NCBI GenBank assembly: GCA_964019335.1
Contig: OZ025668.1
Location: forward strand, 186,001-250,000
DNA: 64,000 nt
Direction of reading: 5' to 3'
Origin: Diplonema japonicum
Taxonomy: Eukaryota; Protista; Euglenozoa: Diplonemea
Part shown: positions 10,852 to 20,597 of the stretch, in pieces
Position numbering within the stretch: the stretch's first letter is position 1
How the letters are laid out: every line of letters begins with the position of its first letter
Notes under the pieces: generated by a model
What the model saw: the letters and a program-made list of their open reading frames with translations, nothing else
What the model was told of the DNA's origin: nothing
Database searches by the model: none
Translations under genes and position numbers: made by a program

Positions 10852-13473
10852 TCATGACACCATGCTTGCGATCGACCCTCTTGGCCTCCGCCTAGCGATC
10901 CTTGTCCCTGTGGCCTCCCCTGCCCATCCCTCAGCAGGGTTCTGTGGGACGACAAGCCCCCTGTTGAAGGGCCTCGCGAGCATCATCGTCCCCTCCATCA
11001 CACTGATCACCTTCTCCATTGTGTGGTCCCCCGTCCCCTCGCACATTGTCCTTAGTTCCTCCACATCCCTGTCGTTGAAGGCCTCCTTGTACCTCGCCCC
11101 CCACTCCTCTCCCACAACTCCGTCAAACAGGTTCCACACACCGTCCACAAGGCTGAAGGTCTTCAGGTTGAGCTCGTACACTGTTCTGCTTGTCTCGAGC
11201 TCTGACACAGCTGGCCGGGGTGATAACTGCTGGCCAGGGGTTTCCATTGACGCCATGCGTAAGGGTGCCGCCTCGGGAGGGAGCTCCCAGGTGTCAACAG
11301 GGCGGGTGTGGACTTGGAGTGAGGTGTCAGTACCAGCACAGGACTCACCAGCAAGGAGGCAGAGGGTCCCGAGCTGCGAGGCCGCCTCCGCAAGGGCCCG
11401 CCCCTCCTCAACCCCAGACCCGAGAGAGGTCACGAAACGTTGTTTTGCACTCCCCAGTGACCCATGCAGCACCCTCCCTGTGGACATCCCCACACTCACG
11501 AACCGCTCCCACACAGCATTGTTGATAGACGAGTACAAGTGCGACACGAACTTCGCACTCTGAGCAACGTGCATCGCACAAGGCTTCCCTGCATTCCAGT
11601 TCGCAACAATGCTGTTGCTGCACACCACGTTCAGCAGGCCTTCCGTCCGCTCCACTCCTTCAATAATGATGTTCAGGATCTCGTTCACAGCATCAACTGC
11701 GTTCGTGAACAGCACAAGACACGAGAAGTCCACCCTGATGTGCATCGTCGTCGCTGTGCTTGCTGTCAGGCGGTTGCGTATCGCCACCAGCTTTTCTTCC
11801 CTTGCTGAGGCCGATGTTTTGCCGAATGATTCCATCGATGGTAGCTTCAAAGGGTGCTTGCTGCGGTTGCGCTTCTCGAGTGTCCTCTCCACCTCACCCT
11901 GCCGCTTCGGGAATTCTGAAGGAATTGCCACAAACAAGGGAACATTGCCCACCCCCTTCAGACTGACAGAACCCATCTTCGTGATGACAGGCTTGCTGAG
12001 GCCCTCTCCCCAGTTGGTGTTGTTGCTGAGCTGGGCTTGAACCTCTTCGGTGAAGGCGACTGCACCCCCTGCAGAGGCGGACTCCACCCTCGCTGCCTTG
12101 TTCACTGTGGGTCCCATGTAGTCGGTCCTCCCTGTCGTGGGGTTCAGTTCCAGCCTCGCGGGGCCTGTGTGGACCCCGATCCGCACCCGAAGCCCCCTCC
12201 AGCACAGGGACCCGTCCTCCTCCCTCCCCACCACCTTGCACAGTGGGTGTTCCAGGAGCGCCGCAGGCCACGGAGCACGGAGGAGAGACCCCTGCGCCAG
12301 GAGCCCGAACCGCACCCCTTCAACCACCTTGTCGAAGGCGACCATGAAGGCGTCCCCGATCGTCTTCACCTCGTACCCATTCGTCGCCGTGATGCACTCC
12401 CTCATCACATCGTTGTGGATCTCCATCGCCGTCCGCATCGCCGACGTGTGCCTCTCCCAGATGTCCGTCGACGACTGGATGTCCGTGAACACGATCGTCA
12501 CCTCCTCCTGACCGCTCCCTGCGGGGATCTGACGGATGTGGTGCGCCCTCCCGCTGCAGGGTGCTACTTCCAAGTACGTTGCACCCCTCCCGTTGGCCGT
12601 TGCAACCCCCATCTCATCTTCAACAGCAGTGAACAAAGCATCCGGGAGGTAAGGGCGGTAGAGCTTCAGATTGCTGAGGAGTCCCAGGAAGGCCTCGTTT
12701 AGTTCACTTTCTTCTGAGTTCTTCACAAGGTGCTCTGCTGTCTCCAAATCGAAGCGCACCAAGGCCCTCGCCACCTCCTGTGCAAGAAGGACAGCAGCTT
12801 CTGACTTCTGCTGCTCGTCGCGCATGCCGAAAGCAAACCTGCGTGTCATCAGAAAATCCGCAAGGAAAACGACTAGCCTCGTCAACAAGGTCGCTACGAG
12901 CCAGTCACTGCCTTCGCTTTCTCTGGGTGTGCCCTTGGTCCAGGACTCGGGGATGGCGTTATAAAGACCAAGGTCGATGCCTTCTTCAAAGGTTTTGATG
13001 ATGATGTAGAAAGTGGTCATGATGGTGAGGATCCATCCGCTGCGGGAGCTGCAGCCGGTGAGGAGGATGAGGTCTGCCATCAGAACGCAGCCTGTCCAGA
13101 GGTCCTGCTTGCCATAGACGAGAAGGTCCCCGAGTAAACAGAAGAGGAAAGCGGCTGCGATGATGATGATCTCGACAAACAAAAGGGGAAGCTTTTTCGT
13201 GATGAAGGAGTAGATAACACACGAAGCACCGAGGCCTGCTCGGACAAAGTTGAAAACAGCGAAAAAGTACTTCGTCGCGAATAGGTAACCTACCCCGTAA
13301 AGCGACTCAATAACGGCAATGAGCAGACATAGAGGAATGAGGATCTTCTTCGCCAACTGTTGCGTCCCACTGTCCGACTCTACCACCCACACCGACATCA
13401 ACTTATCAAACCCCCGAGCAATGGCTGAGCGCTTCTCAGAGTTACTGCGAGTCATCTGGCTGTCGGTGTCCAT
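10852..13473 (-). CDS. Membrane adenylyl cyclase, copy 2 (873 aa)
   Basis: Same catalytic motifs as copy 1; divergent N-terminus; tail RRRPRGSIASMVS. Confidence 0.93.
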   Translation of the reverse strand: MDTDSQMTRSNSEKRSAIARGFDKLMSVWVVESDSGTQQLAKKILIPLCLLIAVIESLYGVGYLFATKYFFAVFNFVRAGLGASCVIYSFITKKLPLLFVEIIIIAAAFLFCLLGDLLVYGKQDLWTGCVLMADLILLTGCSSRSGWILTIMTTFYIIIKTFEEGIDLGLYNAIPESWTKGTPRESEGSDWLVATLLTRLVVFLADFLMTRRFAFGMRDEQQKSEAAVLLAQEVARALVRFDLETAEHLVKNSEESELNEAFLGLLSNLKLYRPYLPDALFTAVEDEMGVATANGRGATYLEVAPCSGRAHHIRQIPAGSGQEEVTIVFTDIQSSTDIWERHTSAMRTAMEIHNDVMRECITATNGYEVKTIGDAFMVAFDKVVEGVRFGLLAQGSLLRAPWPAALLEHPLCKVVGREEDGSLCWRGLRVRIGVHTGPARLELNPTTGRTDYMGPTVNKAARVESASAGGAVAFTEEVQAQLSNNTNWGEGLSKPVITKMGSVSLKGVGNVPLFVAIPSEFPKRQGEVERTLEKRNRSKHPLKLPSMESFGKTSASAREEKLVAIRNRLTASTATTMHIRVDFSCLVLFTNAVDAVNEILNIIIEGVERTEGLLNVVCSNSIVANWNAGKPCAMHVAQSAKFVSHLYSSINNAVWERFVSVGMSTGRVLHGSLGSAKQRFVTSLGSGVEEGRALAEAASQLGTLCLLAGESCAGTDTSLQVHTRPVDTWELPPEAAPLRMASMETPGQQLSPRPAVSELETSRTVYELNLKTFSLVDGVWNLFDGVVGEEWGARYKEAFNDRDVEELRTMCEGTGDHTMEKVISVMEGTMMLARPFNRGLVVPQNPAEGWAGEATGTRIARRRPRGSIASMVS

Positions 13474-14074
13474 TTTTTCGTTCTCTCCCCTCCCTGTCGA
13501 GTATACATGGATGAGAAGAATAAAGAAGTACTATTTTGAAAAAGAATGACGTTGTTCGGAGCCAGGGGTGGGGTCGGCTACGATGTCGTGCTGAAGGTTC
13601 AGTGCCTTATCAACGCTGCGAAATGACCATAGCCCAGACGAAAAAAAATACCCCTGACGCCCAATTGTTGGTATAAAAGAAGAAGAAAAAAGAGTACACC
13701 CCCCCCCCCCCCCCCCCCTCCCCCGGCGGCAAGAGAAGGGCTGCAAACAACCCTCGGGTAATGGTTTTGGAAAAACCTTTTTATCGTGTTTCATCTTTTT
13801 CTTCTTCTTTTATTTTTATTTAATCGGATTGTATTGAAAGAAAAAAGGAATAGAAATGGGGTAATATAGAGCTGCAGACAAAGACAAGGGAGGATGGGGA
13901 TTGACTCGAGACGAGGAACCTTTCAATAGAATTCGGTGGATCGAGAGGAGAAGAGTTCGCAAAGCGGAGTCAAATGCGGGCTGAACTGAAGATGCAAAGA
14001 AGAAAAGTAGAAAAACTATTCTGACGCTTTATTTGTTGTGCGCAATTGTGCTTAGTCTTAAAAAGAAAAAAAAA

Positions 14075-14165
14075 TATATGAGTTAAAGGAGGCCGGTGAT
14101 GGCGGCGCCCTGCACAAGAACTGTCTACTTGATTACATCGAACGCATGTTATCCCCACCACCTGA
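14075..14165 (-). repeat. Retroposon-like 3' terminus (second subfamily) sharing the TCCTTTAACTCATATAT end
   Basis: Plus-strand TATATGAGTTAAAGGA is identical to the ends at 2167 and 55912, then the sequence diverges. Confidence 0.45.
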
Positions 14166-14392
14166 AAAAAAGAAAAGGAAACTATCCTAGTTGAGCTCAG
14201 TCCCCGTTGTCCCCGTTCTGGGGGCTCTGGCGGGTTCCTGGCGGTGGCCAAAAAAAAAAAAAGAAACTCAAATTGGCATGAAAGAAAAGAAAAGAACCCA
14301 AATAAAAATCAACTAACTGCCCCGTCAACGGCCAGTCTTTAGTATTGACAATACTAACTGTTGTTTATTTATATTTTCGAAAAAAAGTCTTT

Positions 14393-14806
14393 TATTTCAC
14401 TCTTCTGAAACCACTTCAAACTCTCGGGGCTCATTACTTCACGCTAAATCTCAATACTTCACGGTGAAGTAACAGGCCAATTTTTGCCTCGGTTCAGTTC
14501 CCAGTCAACTTTCGGCTTAGCAGAAAGAGAGGAGCTACTGGCAGGAAAAACTGCAGTGAAGAGCTGCTCCAGGTGGATGACCCGCAATCCTGACAGTGGT
14601 AGTGCCAGCGACAGCCCTTAGTCAACAAAGGGAGGGGGGGAAAAGACACTGTAACCTATGTAACCCTCTTGTACCTCTTGTCACCTCTTTTGCCCCCTCG
14701 TGAAGTAATTTCAGAGAGTCGTGAAATAAAACCGTTTACATATCGCCAAGGAATGACTTTACCCCCTCGACGGTTAGGTAATTACTTGTTGTCGGCAAAT
14801 AGCTAC
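14393..14806 (+). repeat. Hairpin-ended non-autonomous repeat family A (internally deleted copy)
   Basis: Collinear with 34323-35058: TATTTCACTCTTC.GAAA, CATTACTTCACGCTAAATCTCA, GGCCAATTTTTGCCTCGGTTC, GTGAAGTAATTTCAGAG.GTCGTGAAATAAAACC, ATTACTTGTTG...AAATAGCTA. Confidence 0.85.
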
Positions 14807-15318
14807 AACTTTCTTTTTAAATTTCATGATAATAAAAGTGTCATTTAGAAAGGGAAATAAGAAAAAAAAAGAAGAAAAGAAAAAAAAAGGAAAAATGAGA
14901 ATTAGAAAAGAACAAAGCAAAGCTTTTTCTTTCCTTCTAGCACCATATTAGATAGTGAGAGATAGTGAGAGAATTGAGCATTTTCCGTTCAGACGGGGAA
15001 GATTTTGCCAGCGCACATACAAGTGAGACTTGGCCAACTTCCCCCCACGTTTATTATTCTTGTCCCGTTAAGAAAGAAAAGGTTTGATGCAACATGTACA
15101 CTCTTTTCTTCCTTCTTTTCCCTCGCGTAGAATTAATACTACAAAGTTAAGAAACATACCATAAGATAGATTTTTATAAAGGTGCAGCAGGCACAGTCAA
15201 CGAGATTCGACGATATGCCAGAAATACAATCCGCAGCACACAGGGTAGCACACAGGGTAGGTTACCTGTGTACCGACCATTACAACTTGATCAGAAAAGA
15301 AACCAATAGATCCCTCAA

Positions 15319-17970
15319 TTAGCGAAAGGGTGTCGAACGTCGCCTTGCGATCCTTGTCCCTGTGGCCTCCCCTGCCCATCCCTCAGCAGGGTTCTGTGGG
15401 ACGACAAGCCCCCTGTTGAAGGGCCTCGCGAGCATCATCGTCCCCTCCATCACACTGATCACCTTCTCCATTGTGTGGTCTCCCGTCACCTCCCACATTT
15501 CTCGTAGTTCCTCCACATCCCTGTCGTTGAAGGCCTCCTTGTACCTCGCCCCCCACTCCTCTCCCACAACTCCGTCAAACAGGTTCCACACACCGTCCAC
15601 AAGGCTGAAGGTCTTCAGGTTGAGCTCGTACACTGTTCTGCTTGTCTCGAGCTCGCTGAAGTCTGACACCACAGCGGGACGAGGAGTCCTGTATGTCTCT
15701 GCAGAAGCTGTCTCACGAGGGAGCTCCCAGGTGTCAACAGGGCGGGTGTGGACTTGGAGTGAGGTGTCAGTACCAGCACAGGACTCACCAGCAAGGAGGC
15801 AGAGGGTCCCGAGCTGCGAGGCCGCCTCCGCAAGGGCCCGCCCCTCCTCAACCCCAGACCCGAGAGAGGTCACGAAACGTTGTTTTGCGCTCCCCAGCGA
15901 CCCGTGCAGCACCCTCCCTGTGGACATCCCCACACTCACGAACCGCTCCCACACAGCACCACTGATAGACGAGTACAAGTGCGACACGAACTTCGCACTC
16001 TGAGCAACGTGCATCGCACAAGGCTTCCCTGCATTCCAGTTCGCAATGATGCTGTTGCTGCACACCACGTTCAGCAGGCCTTCCGTCCGCTCCACTCCTT
16101 CAATAATGATGTTCAGGATCTCGTTCACAGCATCAACTGCGTTCGTGAACAGCACAAGACACGAGAAGTCCACCTTGATGTGCATCGTCGTAGCTGTGCT
16201 TGCTGTCAGGCGGTTGCGGGTGATGTGCTGCCCAGCCCCTTCATTTGGCCCGAGTAACTGGGTGTGGCTCTTCTTGGAGTACTGCGAAGAAGGCGACTTG
16301 GTTCCAGACGGCCTCGGTGATATCTGTATGTCCTTCCTTTTCTCGAGTAACCTCTCAACTTCGCCCTGCCGCTTCCCAAGGTCAGTAGGTACTGCTACGA
16401 ACAAGGAAACATGGCCCACCCCCTTGAGACGTACAGAACCCATCTTCGTGATGACAGGCTTGCTGAGGCCCTCTCCCCAGTTGGTGTTGTTGCTGAGCTG
16501 GGCTTGAACCTCTTCGGTGAAGGCGACTGCACCCCCTGCAGAGGCGGACTCCACCCTCGCTGCCTTGTTCACTGTGGGTCCCATGTAGTCGGTCCTCCCT
16601 GTCGTGGGGTTCAGTTCCAGCCTCGCGGGGCCTGTGTGGACCCCGATCCGCACCCGAAGCCCCCTCCAGCACAGGGACCCGTCCTCCTCCCTCCCCACCA
16701 CCTTGCACAGTGGGTGTTCCAGGAGCGCCGCAGGCCACGGAGCACGGAGGAGAGACCCCTGCGCCAGGAGCCCGAACCGCACCCCTTCAACCACCTTGTC
16801 GAAGGCGACCATGAAGGCGTCCCCGATCGTCTTCACCTCGTACCCGTTCGTCGCCGTGATGCACTCCCTCATCACATCGTTGTGGATCTCCATCGCCGTC
16901 CGCATCGCCGACGTGTGCCTCTCCCAGATGTCCGTCGACGACTGGATGTCCGTGAACACGATCGTCACCTCCTCCTGACCGCTCCCTGCGGGGATCTGAC
17001 GGATGTGGTGCATCTTCTTCATGTACTGACCAGCCCTTCCTCCCTCCCCTCTGCTTCCCTCCACTCCCGTCCCCTCTTGTGCCTCCTCCTCGGCGGCGAA
17101 CAAGGCATCCGGGAGGTAAGGACGATAGAGCTTCAAGTTGCTGAGGAGTCCCAGGAAGGCCTCATTAAGTTCACTTTTATCACCCCCCTTCACAAGGTGC
17201 TCTGCTGTCTCCAAATCGAAGCGCACCAAAGCCCTCGCCACCTCCTGTGCAAGGAGGACAGCAGCTTCTGACTTCTGCTGTTCACTACGCATCCCCAACG
17301 CGAACCTGCGTGTCAGCAAAAAGTCCCACACATAGACGCTTAATCTGATAGTAAGGGTGATGCCCGTCCACCGTATATCCTCTACGGGGCGAGGGCTCGT
17401 GTTGGCCCAGGACTCGGGGATGGTGTTGTAAATACCGATGCCGACGCCTTCCTCGATGGTCTTGACGATGATGTAGAGGGTGGTCATGATGGTGAGGGCC
17501 CATGCGGTGGGGGATCGGCAACCAGAGAGAAGCGCGACGTCTGCGACAAGAACGCAGCCTGTCCAAAGGTCGTTGCGGCCAAAAGTGAATACGTCGCCGA
17601 CCAGGCAGAAGAAGAAAGCAAAGATCAGGAGGCAGACCTCAATAAGAGGAATGGGAAGGGACTTCGTCTTGTAACAGTAAACAGCAATGAACACGTCGAT
17701 GCTGCCCCGAAGTACGTGGAGGCAGCTGTGAGAGTAGGTTTCATGCAACAGGGAACCGATCAAGCCTGTGAACTCGAAGAAGCCCGTTACGATACACACA
17801 GGGACTACTATCTTCTTCGTTGTTTGCTCCACTGCAGTGTCCATCGGCGACATCCATGGTGCCATGGCCCTGTCGAAAAGTTCTCCCAGCCAATGCCGCT
17901 CTTCCTGAACAGGTGTATTCAAACACATGTCACTCCCTTCAATCTCAACCGACACGCATTTTTCTGCCAT
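15319..17970 (-). CDS. Membrane adenylyl cyclase, copy 3 (883 aa from first ATG)
   Basis: The ORF track starts at a non-ATG codon at 18033; the first in-frame ATG (MAEKCVS) is at 17970. Catalytic motifs intact; tail RRRSTPFR. Confidence 0.92.
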   Translation of the reverse strand: MAEKCVSVEIEGSDMCLNTPVQEERHWLGELFDRAMAPWMSPMDTAVEQTTKKIVVPVCIVTGFFEFTGLIGSLLHETYSHSCLHVLRGSIDVFIAVYCYKTKSLPIPLIEVCLLIFAFFFCLVGDVFTFGRNDLWTGCVLVADVALLSGCRSPTAWALTIMTTLYIIVKTIEEGVGIGIYNTIPESWANTSPRPVEDIRWTGITLTIRLSVYVWDFLLTRRFALGMRSEQQKSEAAVLLAQEVARALVRFDLETAEHLVKGGDKSELNEAFLGLLSNLKLYRPYLPDALFAAEEEAQEGTGVEGSRGEGGRAGQYMKKMHHIRQIPAGSGQEEVTIVFTDIQSSTDIWERHTSAMRTAMEIHNDVMRECITATNGYEVKTIGDAFMVAFDKVVEGVRFGLLAQGSLLRAPWPAALLEHPLCKVVGREEDGSLCWRGLRVRIGVHTGPARLELNPTTGRTDYMGPTVNKAARVESASAGGAVAFTEEVQAQLSNNTNWGEGLSKPVITKMGSVRLKGVGHVSLFVAVPTDLGKRQGEVERLLEKRKDIQISPRPSGTKSPSSQYSKKSHTQLLGPNEGAGQHITRNRLTASTATTMHIKVDFSCLVLFTNAVDAVNEILNIIIEGVERTEGLLNVVCSNSIIANWNAGKPCAMHVAQSAKFVSHLYSSISGAVWERFVSVGMSTGRVLHGSLGSAKQRFVTSLGSGVEEGRALAEAASQLGTLCLLAGESCAGTDTSLQVHTRPVDTWELPRETASAETYRTPRPAVVSDFSELETSRTVYELNLKTFSLVDGVWNLFDGVVGEEWGARYKEAFNDRDVEELREMWEVTGDHTMEKVISVMEGTMMLARPFNRGLVVPQNPAEGWAGEATGTRIARRRSTPFR

Positions 17971-18736
17971 AGTGAACCTGTTAAGGGAGTTATAAGGAGC
18001 AATACAAATAAGAGGGGGAAAAAAAAGAAACAATTGGGGGCACCCCCCATTGACCTACTGATGAAAGACGAGACGGGAGTATCAAAGAAACAAGGAAATA
18101 TCTAATGTGTGAAAAGTACTTCCTCGGTCCGGCTACAAAAGTGGCAAATCTTCATATAAAAAAAAAAGAAAGAGATGAGATAAAGGAGGTTCCTGTCTTG
18201 GAACGTCCCCCTTGTCTCTACCTTTCTCCCAAAGAAAAGGAGGGGGGAAAAAAAAAGGATTCAAAGTGACTTCCAGGGTCAAGCATCCAGCATCAACTGC
18301 TGGTAACTTATGTCCAAATAAAAGTCCGCGGACGAAAACGTGTGCTGTTCTCCCCCCCCCCCCCCCCCCTTCTTTTCTTTTTTCATTCTTCTTCTGCTCT
18401 TCTTGTGCAAAGAGAAAATAAGACGGTTTAGTGTTAGAATAGCTATTAAGGGTCGTGTGAACGAGCGTGGTGAAATATACTAATTGCTTTCCCTCTCTCT
18501 CTCTCTCTCTCTCTCTCTGAGGAATATCTATTGAGCCATACCATGCATACATCATTTTCTCACAGAACCACAAGATGTGAATGACTGAGCGGGGGGGAGA
18601 GGACAAAACAAAACGGAACGTTCCTTTTTCTTTTTTTTCTTTTTTTTTTTTTTTTGCACCGACGACAGCGAGAAATAAGCTGTTAAAGCAAAGCTTCATA
18701 AGACTAGCCTAATTGGGTTATATATAAAAAAAAAAA

Positions 18737-18776
18737 ATTCACTATGATAGGAACGAAGTGGTTAGCAACGGTCCAC

Positions 18777-18778
<2 letters not shown>
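18737..18778. repeat. Short dispersed repeat family B (~40 bp)
   Basis: ATTCACTATGATA.GAA(A)CGAAGTGGTTAGCAACGG.CCACC recurs at ~32941-32984 and, core only, at ~32381-32405; each copy lies next to poly(A). Confidence 0.75.
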
Positions 18779-18810
<32 letters not shown>

Positions 18811-20597
18811 AAACTATACTGTTAACTGAATCGCGCAATACTTCCTATTGGCGCTCCATCGCCAACCTGCTCAGTTCAAAGCGCAGTTGCGCTGAATCCA
18901 AGTTTCCTAAGCATCGACACGATTAACAAAGGTTGTTCACCAATGCTCCATACGCCTCCTGTCTATGCCGTTGAGCACACTGCAGGGACTTCCACTCATC
19001 CGTAGCCCCACCTTGAAAAAAAAAAAACAACTTGCGGACATTTGTAGTACGCTTTTCATTCTTCTTTCTTACAGGATTTCTTCTTCTTTTCTTTTCTTTT
19101 CTTTTTAAAACAGTGGAGGGGAAACGGAAAATGAAAGGGGGGAGGGTCAGTTTTTTTTTTTTCTTTTTGGTTTTCTTTGTACGTACTCTGTCCCTCCCTC
19201 CCTCTCCAGGTAGTCTTTCGTTTTTGAAGCAAAGAAACTTCAGCCATATCTAAGCACCAGACCCGGGCAATTCTGAAAACTCTTTCAGTAAAAGATATTT
19301 ATTTTCTTCTTTAAAAATAATAGCAATTTCTTCAGAGAGATCATTCTTAAGGAGGGCGTGCTTTGAAACGGGTGAATCTTCTTTTGATAGGAAAGGAAAA
19401 GAAGAAAAAAAAAAAACCGCAACTTGCCCAATGAGGAAAACTAAGGCTTTGCTAAGCCTGATGGAAAGGGCAAGTAGTACTTTTTTTTTTCCTTCTTTTT
19501 TTTTGTTTTTTTGTTTGAGGACAATAAAAAAAGGAGAAAGAAGAGAAAAAAGAGATAAGCATTCTATCCTACCGGATGCCAGAGACACTCTGCCCAGACA
19601 GCGGTCAACCTGGTAGCTTCGTCGTTCTGCATCTTGCGTTGTGGCCCAAGATGTTCTTGCTGTCGATGATGTATACTTTATATCTCCATGTTGCCTCCAC
19701 CAAAAAGAGATTAGAAAAAAAAATCGGAGATTGTTTCTCAAAGAAAAAAATGATGATGATGACAACACACAGTATAAAAGCCAACAAATAATGAGTCATT
19801 TCCCGAGAGGGAAAAAAAAAAAAAAGAATTTGGCGGCAAAGAAAAATATATATTATAAAAAAAAAAAAAAGAGACATGTAAAAAAATGCTACACCTTTTC
19901 GTACCGATCGAGAATTTTAATTGGGGAATATTGCTGACATGAAACCAGCAGGGGGATGGGGGTGGTGGAGAAAGTTAAAAAAGAGCTTTTTTTTTCTTCT
20001 TCTTCTTTTTTTTCTTCATTTCTTTTTCTTTTTTTCTTTTTCTTTTTCGTTCAAAGATTAAAATGAATGGAAGAATAAGAAAAAGAGGGTAGACATGATA
20101 AAAGAAAACAGATATTAAAATCATTCTCCCACCGTGATCTTTGGTCCATTCGTTCCCCTTTAAAAAAAATAGCTGCAACTGAACTGCAAAGTTCGTACGC
20201 ACGTCGTTGTATTTCCCTTTGACATTCTTGAAGTAGATCCTTCTTATAAAAAAAAAAAGGAGTGGGTGGGTGGGGGGTATTAAAATATCTTTTAGAAATA
20301 GATCGTGAATCGCACAAGGAAGCAAAGCTTTTGAAATAACATAAAAAACCCAAAACCCTCGTTATCCTTTGGGGGGGGGAGTAGATCTTTAAAAGGTTTA
20401 GCGATTCTCTTTACCTCTTTTTCTTTCACAGAAAGAATCTTTGTTCCAAATCGGCAGAAGAGCAGGCAGTCATTCTCTTCTTGAAAGACGGTTTCAGGCA
20501 CCAAATAACGCTTAGGAGAGAGAGCCCGTACCGTGTCAACACTAAAGGTAAAGGTACACAGAACAGTTTCCAAATTAAATCATCAGGCGACTAACGG

